From assembly GCA_041497835.1 (NCBI GenBank), contig JBGQHF010000002.1, positions 16,500-80,499 on the forward strand: a DNA stretch of 64,000 bases, given 5' to 3'. This DNA comes from Terriglobia bacterium. Lineage in GTDB: Bacteria; Acidobacteriota; Terriglobia; Acidiferrales; UBA7541. Position 1 is the first letter of the stretch. Every line of letters starts with the position of its first letter. Below the pieces are notes generated by a model, which saw only the letters and a list, made by a program, of their open reading frames with translations, was not told the DNA's origin and made no database searches. The position numbers and the translations under genes are program-made. Positions 47,896-56,716 of the stretch are shown piece by piece.

Positions 47896-48972
47896 ATGAA
47901 AGACGATTACCTGTGGGACGGTACCGGCAAGCCCGATGCGGAAATTCAGAGATTGGAAACCGCTCTGGGCAGATTTCGCCACGATCGCCCGGCCCCGGAA
48001 TTTCCTGAGATCGCGAGAAGCAGCCGCCGGCTGCCGCGGCCGCGAGTTCTGCCCATGTGGTTGGCACCCAGATGGCTGGCCATGGCTGCAACGGTCTTGT
48101 TACTTGTTGCAGGCGGGTACCTCGTGCGGCGGTTGAAGCCAACTCCTGCTTCACGGCCTGGATGGGATGTAGCGCGTCTGGCGGGCACGCCACACGTGGG
48201 AGCGGAGACAATCGGCGAAACCAGCGGCACTCGCAGGCTCGGCATCGGACAAATCCTGGAAACAGACAGCGGGTCGCGCGCCAGCATCAAGGTTGCCGAG
48301 ATCGGCCAGGTGGACGTGGAGCCGGACACACGTCTGCGGCTGCTCGGCACCAGCGCTCGCCAGAAACATCTGGCGCTGGACCGGGGGACGATTCATGCCT
48401 CGATTTGGGCGCCCCCGGGTGAATTCGTAGTGGATACGCCTTCCGCGGTAGCGGTGGACCTCGGATGCGCTTATACGCTGCACGTGGACGATTCGGGCGC
48501 AGGCCTGTTGCGCACCACTCTCGGCTGGGTTGGATTCAAGCTCGAGGGCCACGAATCCTTCATCCCTGCCGGAGCGGCTTGCGCGACTCGGCCGGGGATT
48601 GGACCGGGCACGCCCTACTTTGAGGATGCGCCGGAGCCGCTGCGAGCAGCCCTGTCCAAGCTTGATTTTGAGGCGGGCATGCCTGAGCAGCGCAGCGCAG
48701 GCCTCAATGTTGTTCTCACGCAATCGCGCAAGAGAGACGCGCTCACCCTCTGGCATCTGCTTGCCCGCGTGAGCGGCTCCGAGCGTGATCGCGTCTTCGG
48801 CCGCTTGGCAGCGCTCGTTCCGCCTCCGCCGGGGGTGACGCGCGAAGGAATCCTGGGTCTCGACCAGAGGATGCTCGATCTGTGGTGGAACGAGCTGGGC
48901 CTGGGTGACATCTCGGTGTGGCGCACCTGGGAGCGCTCCTGGTCGCAACGCGAAAACAGCGGGAAGGAATGA
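47896..48972 (+). CDS. FecR-domain anti-sigma factor
   Basis: Single TM then a beta-rich FecR-like region (LDRGTIHA, FVVDTPSAVAVDLG). Confidence 0.8.
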   Translation: MKDDYLWDGTGKPDAEIQRLETALGRFRHDRPAPEFPEIARSSRRLPRPRVLPMWLAPRWLAMAATVLLLVAGGYLVRRLKPTPASRPGWDVARLAGTPHVGAETIGETSGTRRLGIGQILETDSGSRASIKVAEIGQVDVEPDTRLRLLGTSARQKHLALDRGTIHASIWAPPGEFVVDTPSAVAVDLGCAYTLHVDDSGAGLLRTTLGWVGFKLEGHESFIPAGAACATRPGIGPGTPYFEDAPEPLRAALSKLDFEAGMPEQRSAGLNVVLTQSRKRDALTLWHLLARVSGSERDRVFGRLAALVPPPPGVTREGILGLDQRMLDLWWNELGLGDISVWRTWERSWSQRENSGKE

Positions 48973-49133
48973 ATGGGCGTTGAGAATGCATGGCTCCCCA
49001 AACGCGAAAGTCATGCGGCGCCCTGCTTTCCTCGTGCAACCCTCATTTTCCCTCGCGCTTGTTAACAGCGTCTCCTTCCGAGCGTCTTGCAGGGTGAACG
49101 GCGAAATCACTCGAAAGGAGATTCGACCAAGGC

Positions 49134-49832
49134 ATGAAACCTCATCGAATTCATTCACCGCGATTTGCGCTCGGCATTCTGGGGGCGATTCTCGTTCTGG
49201 CAAGCACCGCCCAGGCAGGTCCGCCTTTGATCTGCCATGTGATTGAGATTGGACAGGCAAAATCTTTGCCCTGGACCAGCCACGGCTGGGACCTGTCGGA
49301 AAATCAGAACTATGACCCTAAAAACCTCGTCCGGGACACGCTCGCGATCCTGGATGCGAACACGCCTGTCCTCGTGCGCATGGAAACGCTGCGCCGGGCG
49401 ACTCTCTACGCGCGGAAAGACCCGCGAGCAGCGAAAGAACTGCTTACCAGACTGCACGCTCGCGCGACCGGCGCAGAAACCGCCGGGCGCCCCGACGCTC
49501 TGGCCTGGTTTGACGCCGGATATCTCGCCGAAGCCTACAAACAGTGGATTGGAAAGGACGAGCATAATCCGGCGACAGGCCTCGACGGCTATGCCTGGGT
49601 GAAGAGGGCGATCAGTCTCCGCGGGGAAGATCCGGAGATGGAGTTCGCGGCCGCGCTGATTACTCTCGGAGGGCCGCAGAAAGATCATCGAGAGCACGCG
49701 CAAAAGGCGATGGCCGGGGCGAAAGGGGATCCGCTCCTGGCGCAGAACCTCGCGAGCCGCTTCATCGGAAATCAAGGGGAAACAATTTCCGAGATGCTCG
49801 CTAAAACCACAGAAGCGAAAAAGCTGCAGTAA
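49134..49832 (+). CDS. Exported hypothetical helical protein
   Basis: Signal peptide ending AQA-GPPLICH. Confidence 0.75.
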   Translation: MKPHRIHSPRFALGILGAILVLASTAQAGPPLICHVIEIGQAKSLPWTSHGWDLSENQNYDPKNLVRDTLAILDANTPVLVRMETLRRATLYARKDPRAAKELLTRLHARATGAETAGRPDALAWFDAGYLAEAYKQWIGKDEHNPATGLDGYAWVKRAISLRGEDPEMEFAAALITLGGPQKDHREHAQKAMAGAKGDPLLAQNLASRFIGNQGETISEMLAKTTEAKKLQ

Positions 49833-49845
49833 CTTAATCTCTGAC

Positions 49846-49890
49846 GAGGCCCGCCGCTCTTGCTGCAAACAGAGGCGGGCCTCTCTCTCT
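49846..49890 (+). terminator. Possible (bidirectional) terminator hairpin
   Basis: GAGGCCCGCC/GGCGGGCCTC 10-bp stem between convergent genes; weak U tract. Confidence 0.5.
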
Positions 49891-49978
49891 GCAATTAGGT
49901 GCAGATCGGAAGGAACCGGCGGAGCGACGCTCGGCACGACGTTACGATAGCCGTTCACATCAAATCCCGAAGCAGGTC

Positions 49979-51010
49979 TTACATTGCCGACACCATCCGC
50001 GCGATGGCATCGTCAAACGATGCCCGCCCTTCGAGATAAGGCTGCCAAAACCGCTCGAGCAACTGCTGGTAGCCCGACCAACCCCGTGCGTACAATCCCT
50101 CGCGTACCGCGTACGGTATGTATCCCGGTTTCGCCGCATCCGGGGACGGCGGAGCGGCCCTCATGGCGGACTTTACCGCTTCCCCAGTCGTATAGAAGAG
50201 CAGCGCGTGCCACAGGTCCCGCGGAATCGGTTTATTCCGCTGGCGGCACTCCCTGACGATGGCATCCTGCACCGGCCCGGCAAGCCCGTGCGACGACTCG
50301 TGGAAAAGAATCTCCAGCGCCGCTTCACCTTGGTTTCGTGAGTCCTTGCTCGAAATCGTCACTCGCAAAGGGTCGAGCGTCGTGTAGGCGCCCGCCCAAT
50401 TCGCAGAAACCGTCACTTCGACTCGAATCTTTTCTTTCGGCCACCGCGATTGATAAATCGCCGCGAGCCGCTCCGCCAGATCCAGCCCCTTTTGCCGGAC
50501 CAGCGGCGCCACGGCCGCCACCCAGCGCCGGTTGGCCCGGTCGTGCTCCCGCCACCAGTGCGCGCGATAGACGGGCGCCGCGCGGTTCAGCACCGGAGTG
50601 ATCTTCCCCGGCAGGCCCGCGTCGCACTCCTCGCGCGATGTTCCCGCCAGCTCCTGGCAATCTTCAAAATCGCCGATGTGATTTTTCAGCGCGATCAGGT
50701 CGGAGTTGAAAAGCAGGTCTTTGTCCGCGTAGTTCGTTGCGTAGAAGCTGACGGCTTCTTCCCATGCCTGCTGCTCTTTGTCGCTCAAGCCCGGTATCGG
50801 CCCGGGAGCGGTTTTCGAGGCCCCCGGAGCGCGCCGCTCCCTCGCCTGCTGGTAGAGGTAATGGTGCAGATTCACCCAGAAGCCGCTGTGGAGTTCAAAG
50901 ACGGGAACAGGCCCCATGGGCAACTCGCCCTGCGGCCCTGCGGTTGCGGCATCCGCGAGCACAAGGACGATTGCCGCTAACAGCAGGAGATGGAGGGCCG
51001 GGCGGCGCAT
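49979..51010 (-). CDS. Exported protein with an HExxH motif (putative zinc metallopeptidase)
   Basis: Signal peptide; LFHESSHG; downstream HALLFY. Confidence 0.7.
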   Translation of the reverse strand: MRRPALHLLLLAAIVLVLADAATAGPQGELPMGPVPVFELHSGFWVNLHHYLYQQARERRAPGASKTAPGPIPGLSDKEQQAWEEAVSFYATNYADKDLLFNSDLIALKNHIGDFEDCQELAGTSREECDAGLPGKITPVLNRAAPVYRAHWWREHDRANRRWVAAVAPLVRQKGLDLAERLAAIYQSRWPKEKIRVEVTVSANWAGAYTTLDPLRVTISSKDSRNQGEAALEILFHESSHGLAGPVQDAIVRECRQRNKPIPRDLWHALLFYTTGEAVKSAMRAAPPSPDAAKPGYIPYAVREGLYARGWSGYQQLLERFWQPYLEGRASFDDAIARMVSAM

Positions 51011-51124
51011 GGTGTAAACCCCGAGTCTAGCTTCTTCTCCATCTGGGGACAAATCGCGCCACGAATTCGCGCTGCGAAATGCCGGCGGGCGCAGCAGGCG
51101 CCGCAGCTCGGCTCGCTCAAATAG

Positions 51125-51301
51125 GACACGCGCTACGAGTCGTTCCTTGCTCCGGGCGACAAGCCCGCTGTTGAGATGAACAAGGAGAAAATGGAAAAGT
51201 TCGCGCCCGAGCTGAGGAAGTATTACTACGACCCGGCGCGCTTCAAGACCTACCTTGAACAGTTGGGGATACAGTACCCGACGCTGAAGCAGACTCCATA
51301 G
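51125..51301 (+). pseudogene. Orphan C-terminal fragment resembling M20/AbgB-type amidohydrolases
   Basis: DTRYESFLAPGDKPAVEMNKEKMEKFAPELRKYYYDPARFKTYLEQLGIQYPTL; in-frame TAG immediately upstream; assignment from recalled C-terminal motif. Confidence 0.45.
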
Positions 51302-51309
51302 CGGCAATT

Positions 51310-51624
51310 TCAGGCCAGGAGTGCGCTGGCCAGCCAGCGATCGAGAATTGCGCGTTGGGGCGCAGGCACATCCAGGAACGCGACCCCCATCCCCATCCCA
51401 GGAGCTTCGTAGACGACTCGCGCGCGGGTTTCAAAGACCTCTCCCTCATGCGACAGGCGCAACTGGATCAGTGTGCCGGCGGGAATGGGATTCAACGTAT
51501 CAATGTAGCAGCCGCCGTGACCGACATCGGAGGTTCGGGCACTGGCCTTCGCGCCGGAGCTTTCCACGGTTACGTCTGCTTCGAGGACTAACGCGCATCG
51601 GGCTGCGGCGCGGCGTTCGGGCAT
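51310..51624 (-). CDS. PilZ domain protein
   Basis: ERRAAAR (RxxxR), DVGHGG, GMGVAF. Confidence 0.85.
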   Translation of the reverse strand: MPERRAAARCALVLEADVTVESSGAKASARTSDVGHGGCYIDTLNPIPAGTLIQLRLSHEGEVFETRARVVYEAPGMGMGVAFLDVPAPQRAILDRWLASALLA

Positions 51625-51826
51625 TAGAGCATCGCCTCCAGGTTCTCCTACCCCCGAGAAACCCGTCAGCAGCGAGGCCGGTACCGCGAATCACCTCGCC
51701 GCGCGATGAATGCCCCGACTCCAGTCTCCATCGGCGCCGGGTTCGAAGCAAGCAGCAACTCGAATGTGCCGCCAATGGATTACCCCGCGGATCGTCCTGT
51801 CACAAGCCACGATGCTGAAGGGGATC

Positions 51827-52759
51827 TCATTCGATGCGCGCGTCGGCCCGGCTCGCCAGTCCGCCCTGCCGATCGGCTCCGTGCAGCCCGCCGCCGGCGT
51901 CTCGGAAGAAGGACCGGCGTCCGGTCGTCCCGTAGGCGAGAGGCGCCGCGGCCAACTCATATCTGGCGAGTGCTCCCACGGCATTGGCCCCTTCGATCAC
52001 ATACCGGAACGCGTACCCGTTCTTCATTCCTGCGGCGAGTTCGGCATCAATCAGGCCGGCTCCCTCCGCGCTTGCCTGGCCCTGTTCCGGCGGACCCAGC
52101 CGCCCCAGGCTTTCCGGCAGCCGCGCGTACGTGCGGCGGTACGTTTCCACCGCCCGCGCCAGCTTCTTGAGAGTTTCAATCGCCTCCCGCTCGTTTCCAT
52201 CGAGGTTTGCGCGTTCCCATTCCACCTCCAAGATAGGCAGATCCAGAAGCAGCAGACCCGCCGCGAGCAGTTTCCATCCGCCATTTTCCCGCACCATGCC
52301 GATCTGGATGCGTCGTGCCTCAGCCCTGGCCGCCCCAGTCGCGCGGATCTCCAGCGGCAGGAACGCGAGATTCTCCTGCGTGTCCGCGCCACCGATCTGC
52401 ATTTCGTTCGTCAGGGCGGGCGTTTCGCAGAGGACCGTGGGCCGGCCGGAAGGGTTCAGTTGCACAGTTGGTTTGCCCACCTCGTCCAGAAGTACAAAGC
52501 GTTTCATGAGCGCGATCTTCGAAGTAACGCTGAGCTGCGCATAGGATCGCGCGTTGCGCGCCGTGAAGTACCGGCCGAAGTCTTTTTCGTTTTGCGCGCA
52601 CGCGGCGGACAAGAGGTCCCGCAGCGCGGACGTCGGATCGCCCGCGGCCGTCTGCCCCGGAGTCATGGATTGCTGCCCGGCAGCCGGAAGGCGAGCCGGC
52701 CCAGCCGCGAAAAGGGCAGCCGCGGCCGTCAGCAACCGGATTCGATGCCGGCGGCTCAT
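51827..52759 (-). CDS. Exported protein with a C-terminal pilin-like domain
   Basis: Signal peptide; NEREAIETLKKL..ETYRRTY..SLGRLG..GLIDAELAAG..GYAFRY..GTTGRRSF. Confidence 0.7.
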   Translation of the reverse strand: MSRRHRIRLLTAAAALFAAGPARLPAAGQQSMTPGQTAAGDPTSALRDLLSAACAQNEKDFGRYFTARNARSYAQLSVTSKIALMKRFVLLDEVGKPTVQLNPSGRPTVLCETPALTNEMQIGGADTQENLAFLPLEIRATGAARAEARRIQIGMVRENGGWKLLAAGLLLLDLPILEVEWERANLDGNEREAIETLKKLARAVETYRRTYARLPESLGRLGPPEQGQASAEGAGLIDAELAAGMKNGYAFRYVIEGANAVGALARYELAAAPLAYGTTGRRSFFRDAGGGLHGADRQGGLASRADARIE

Positions 52760-52760
52760 G

Positions 52761-53111
52761 TCAGTCCCTTGCCGTGGACAGAATTGCCGCCAGGTTTTGC
52801 GTGAAGCTCGAGCGTGGCAGGACCTCATCGCAACCGGCCGTACGCGCGCGCTGCGCTAGGTCGAGCTGCACGTGCGAGAGGAATCCGATGATGCGCACGG
52901 AATTTCCCGCGGCACGCAGTCGCTCCACCGCTTCGACCGGCTGGCTGCGCCCGTTCAGGTCCACAATCACCAGCCGCGGCGAACTCTGTGCTTCCGCGAG
53001 CAGCGCGTCCGCGCTTTTCGCGACCTTTAGCTCCACGCCGAGTTGCTTGGCTGTTTCCGCGAGCTTCATCTGAAAAAATAGATCGTCCATCAGCGCCACA
53101 ACTTTGCCCAT
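52761..53111 (-). CDS. Single-domain response-regulator-like protein
   Basis: ALMDDLFF, VIVDLN, GFLSH; conserved Lys replaced (VLPRS). Confidence 0.75.
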   Translation of the reverse strand: MGKVVALMDDLFFQMKLAETAKQLGVELKVAKSADALLAEAQSSPRLVIVDLNGRSQPVEAVERLRAAGNSVRIIGFLSHVQLDLAQRARTAGCDEVLPRSSFTQNLAAILSTARD

Positions 53112-53198
53112 GCGTAGCGTCCTTTCCCGGCCGCCGTCCCCTTCTATTATGCTTCTCCCCGCTCTCCAGCGCGCGTAGAATACGGACACTCATCGGAG

Positions 53199-53735
53199 GT
53201 GACGATGCCCCCTTCCGAATCGATTTATTTGCACAACGCAATTTCACTACTCGAAAAGACGCCAAAACTCATCGAAACACTGCTCGCGGGCGCTTCCGAG
53301 GTCGCTGTCTCCTGGAAACCCGCCCCCGACCGCTGGTCCATCGCTGAGGTTCTTGCCCACCTTTCCGAAGTGGAAGCCGTCTTCGGTGGCCGGGTACAGC
53401 GCATCGTCGGGGAGGAGTGCCCGGCCCTCGAAAATTTCGATCCGCCCAAGGGATACCCGGACGCGAACAGTGCCCGCGGGCAGGCCGAGGAGCTTGTCGC
53501 GGGATTTGCCGACGCGCGCTCCGGAACGATTGCCTTTCTCGCCATGCTCCCGCCCACCGTGGGGGAGCGAACGGCCCTCCATCCGGAGGTCGGTTCCATC
53601 ACATTGTCGGAGTTCCTCAACCATTGGGCGGTGCATGACCTCGGCCACTTGCGCCAGATTGCCGAGCTCTACCGGGCGCGGGAGTTCCATCCGCACGCCG
53701 GTCCCTTCCGGAAATACTCGAATCTGAAGCCGTGA
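53199..53735 (+). CDS. DinB-family protein
   Basis: WSIAEVLAHL, HWAVHDLGHLRQI. Confidence 0.88.
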   Translation: MTMPPSESIYLHNAISLLEKTPKLIETLLAGASEVAVSWKPAPDRWSIAEVLAHLSEVEAVFGGRVQRIVGEECPALENFDPPKGYPDANSARGQAEELVAGFADARSGTIAFLAMLPPTVGERTALHPEVGSITLSEFLNHWAVHDLGHLRQIAELYRAREFHPHAGPFRKYSNLKP

Positions 53736-54031
53736 CCCCGCCGCAGCAACGCGCACATCCCGAAGACGAACGTCTCGCCCGCGCGTCTCCCCGCGAGGTC
53801 ACTCTCTATACGCGCCCAGGCTGTCATCTCTGCGACGAGGCCAAGGCCGCTATCGCACCGCTCCTTCGCGAATTCAGCGCTACTCTCCGCGAAGTCAACG
53901 TGGACGATGATGCGGTTCTCCGCGAGCGCTACGGGTGGGATGTTCCGGTACTATTCCTCGGCTCGCGCAAAGCCGCGAAACACCGCGTCGATCTCGAGCA
54001 GTTCCGCCGCCAGCTTCGCGAAGCGCAGTGA
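53732..54031 (+). CDS. Glutaredoxin-like (DUF836) protein
   Basis: YTRPGCHLCD, YGWDVPV. Confidence 0.88.
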   Translation: MTPPQQRAHPEDERLARASPREVTLYTRPGCHLCDEAKAAIAPLLREFSATLREVNVDDDAVLRERYGWDVPVLFLGSRKAAKHRVDLEQFRRQLREAQ

Positions 54032-54110
54032 ACGAGTGCAATTCGAAAAACGGAAAGAACCTCGGGAAGGGTGTGCCCGGTTGCTGTTTCCACGAACACA
54101 CGAGTGGGGG

Positions 54111-54554
54111 TCAGTGTCCGCCGTTTGGGCTGTGCGCCCCAACCGTCTCATCCGGCTCGTCGCCCGGCCGCCCTTTCACCCGGTCGTACACCGAGACAAG
54201 GCTCACTGAACCGAGAGCTTCGTTGTAGTAGGTCGGCACGCCCAGCGCCGTGCGCAACTCTTCATTGAACATGCGCAAATTCTGCAGGTGATGCGCCTGT
54301 GCCGGCAGTTTCAGACCGTCGTCGGCCAGCAGAAACTTCTGGTAGCCCGCGTCCCACAGCCGCGTAAACTGCCCGCGCAGCATGATTGCCGGCAGAATCG
54401 TAAGTCGGTAGCGCCCATCGGGGCTTTGCCGGAATTCCGCTCCACAGCTGTATTTCTCCACGCGCGCCACACCGCGCGTGCTCCCCACAGAAAACCCCTG
54501 CGACGCCAGCGCGTCTATCGCCGCTTTCTCGAAGCGCTCCTCTACATTCCACAT
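54111..54554 (-). CDS. Hypothetical protein
   Basis: Clean ORF, host-like codon usage; ARVEKYSCGAEF, LWDAGYQKF. Confidence 0.7.
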   Translation of the reverse strand: MWNVEERFEKAAIDALASQGFSVGSTRGVARVEKYSCGAEFRQSPDGRYRLTILPAIMLRGQFTRLWDAGYQKFLLADDGLKLPAQAHHLQNLRMFNEELRTALGVPTYYNEALGSVSLVSVYDRVKGRPGDEPDETVGAHSPNGGH

Positions 54555-54814
54555 GGCTTCTTCAGGGTACTTTCCCTGCGCACGCCTGTAAAGGCCTGCT
54601 CTCTCTGGTTGCGCATGGGGATGCCGCGCCACGGACATTCGCACCGGGCCATTGAGCCAAGCATGAGCTCAAATGCAGATACTCGACGAATTGTAGGGTC
54701 TTTTGGTCTAATAGATGTGGCGTTGACCCGGACGGAGTAACTTCCAAGCGCTATGCGCATCGAAATAGGATTAAAATGGTCCTATATCAAACGAGCGGCG
54801 TTCCGAGCTAGACC

Positions 54815-55786
54815 ATGGCTACAGTAGAGCGCAAACCTCTTCAACTCGACGGGCGACACCGGGAAACCAGCCCGGTCGGCCGATCCCTGCTCGATTACAT
54901 TGGCAATACGCCCCTGCTCCGTTTGGAGCGCATTGGCCTCGATTTTCCAAATGTTGAGTTTCTTGCCAAAGCGGAATGGTTCAATCCGGGCGGCTCAGTC
55001 AAGGACCGCCCCGCGCTGAGCATGATCCAGGCCGGACTGGCTTCCGGCGAACTGCGCCCTGGGAAAACAATCGTTGACGCCACCAGCGGGAACACCGGAA
55101 TCGCCTACGCCATGATCGGAGCGGCCCTGGGCTACCCGGTGAAGCTCTTCCTGCCAGGGACTGCCTCGCACGAACGCAAGCTCGTGCTTTTTGCCCATGG
55201 CGCTGAGCTCGTCATCACGCCCGGTGACGAAGGCACGGACGGCGCGATTCGCGGCGTCCGTGAACTCTATGCCGCCGACCCGGACAAATATTTCTACCCC
55301 GATCAGTACAGCAATCCCGCCAATTGGCAGGCGCACTACCGCACGACGGCAAACGAAATCTGGGAGCAGACCGCGGGCCGCATCACCCATTTTGTCGCCG
55401 GGCTCGGCACGAGCGGCACATTTGTCGGCGCAACGCGCCGGTTGAAAGAGCTGAATCCGGCGATTCGATTCGTCAGCCTGCAGCCCGACGGTCCCTTCCA
55501 CGGCCTGGAGGGCTGGAAACACATGGAAACGGCACTGCGCCCGTCTATTTACGACGACACGCTCGCCCATGAAAATCTCGCCGTCGGCACGGAAGATGCT
55601 TATCGTCTCGTAAAGCGCCTCGCGCGGGAAGAGGGACTGCTCGTCAGTCCCAGCGCGGCGGCGGCCCTTGCGGGTTGTTTCCAAGTGGCTGCGCGGATTC
55701 CACGCGACGAGCGCGCCGTGATGGTTTCGATCTTCGCCGACAACGCGTCCAAGTACCTCAGCGAACGATTCTGGCACGAGGCCTAG
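54815..55786 (+). CDS. cysM: PLP-dependent cysteine synthase (CysM type)
   Basis: IGNTPL, NPGGSVKDR, ATSGNTG, DQYSNPAN, GLGTSGT. Confidence 0.9.
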   Translation: MATVERKPLQLDGRHRETSPVGRSLLDYIGNTPLLRLERIGLDFPNVEFLAKAEWFNPGGSVKDRPALSMIQAGLASGELRPGKTIVDATSGNTGIAYAMIGAALGYPVKLFLPGTASHERKLVLFAHGAELVITPGDEGTDGAIRGVRELYAADPDKYFYPDQYSNPANWQAHYRTTANEIWEQTAGRITHFVAGLGTSGTFVGATRRLKELNPAIRFVSLQPDGPFHGLEGWKHMETALRPSIYDDTLAHENLAVGTEDAYRLVKRLAREEGLLVSPSAAAALAGCFQVAARIPRDERAVMVSIFADNASKYLSERFWHEA

Positions 55787-55787
55787 A

Positions 55788-56282
55788 TTGCGTATGAGCA
55801 CGACGCCACAGCTTTGGATCAGCAAAGATCTCGCGGAGAAGATTCGCCGCCACGGCGCCGAGACCTATCCACACGAATGCTGCGGCGCTTTGCTCGGCCT
55901 CGACCACGATTTTCCGGCCGGTATGGACGCTCAGGGCGGCGCTCGCGAGGCTCCCCGCGAAGTCCTCGCGCTCTTCCCGCTGCTCAACCGGCGCGACGAT
56001 TCCCCGCGCAACCGCTTTTCGGTTACCGCGGACGACGTGCGAGCCGCCGAGAATGCCGCCCGCGAGCGCAAACTCCAAGTCATCGGCTGGTACCACTCGC
56101 ACCCCGACCATCCTGCACTGCCCAGCGAGTATGACCGCGAGCACGCTTGGCCCTGGTACAGCTACATCATTGTGAGCGTCCACGGTGGCGCACCGCAGGA
56201 GATGACGTCCTGGCGCCTCGCCGATGATCGGACGGAGTTTTTGCCGGAAGAGATGGAGACACAACAGCATACTTCGGCGTGA
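55788..56282 (+). CDS. Mov34/MPN/JAB (M67) metallopeptidase
   Basis: YPHECCG, WYHSHPDHPALPSEYD. Confidence 0.93.
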   Translation: MRMSTTPQLWISKDLAEKIRRHGAETYPHECCGALLGLDHDFPAGMDAQGGAREAPREVLALFPLLNRRDDSPRNRFSVTADDVRAAENAARERKLQVIGWYHSHPDHPALPSEYDREHAWPWYSYIIVSVHGGAPQEMTSWRLADDRTEFLPEEMETQQHTSA

Positions 56283-56308
56283 GCCGCCAGTTCTGAGGAG
56301 ATGGAGAG

Positions 56309-56674
56309 ATGGCCGTCAAAGTGATCATTCCGACGCCGCTTCGCCCCTATGCGGCCAAACGCGATTCCGCGGAATTCGCTGCTGCCACGGTGGGCGAGGC
56401 CCTCGCCAAGCTCACCGCGGAATTTTCCGACCTGCGCAAGCATCTCTTCACGGAAGACGGCAAGCTGCGCAGCTTCGTCAATGTTTACGTGAACGATGAA
56501 GACATCCGCTATCTGGCGAAGGAGCATACGCAGACGAAGGACGGCGACACCATCAGCATTGTGCCTTCCATCGCCGGCGGGGCATTCTTTTCACGTCATT
56601 CCGGGGAGCGCAGCACGCTCTTTGTTTCGCGAATGGTTTTGCGGGGCGGCGAGGAATCTCTCTTCGCTTTGTGA
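56309..56674 (+). CDS. MoaD/ThiS/CysO-like sulfur carrier with a 30-aa extension after Gly-Gly
   Basis: IPTPLR, FVNVYVNDEDIR, IVPSIAGG followed by AFFSRH...LRGGEESLFAL. Confidence 0.9.
   Translation: MAVKVIIPTPLRPYAAKRDSAEFAAATVGEALAKLTAEFSDLRKHLFTEDGKLRSFVNVYVNDEDIRYLAKEHTQTKDGDTISIVPSIAGGAFFSRHSGERSTLFVSRMVLRGGEESLFAL
56594..56666 (+). repeat. REP/MITE-like element CGTCATTCCG...GAGGAATCTCTCTTCG (copy 2), inside the carrier ORF tail
   Basis: Both end motifs identical to the reverse complement of 15502-15590. Confidence 0.7.
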
Positions 56675-56716
56675 GATAGGGAATCTTCGAGAATCCTGGA
56701 GGAGCTGTAAACCGCA

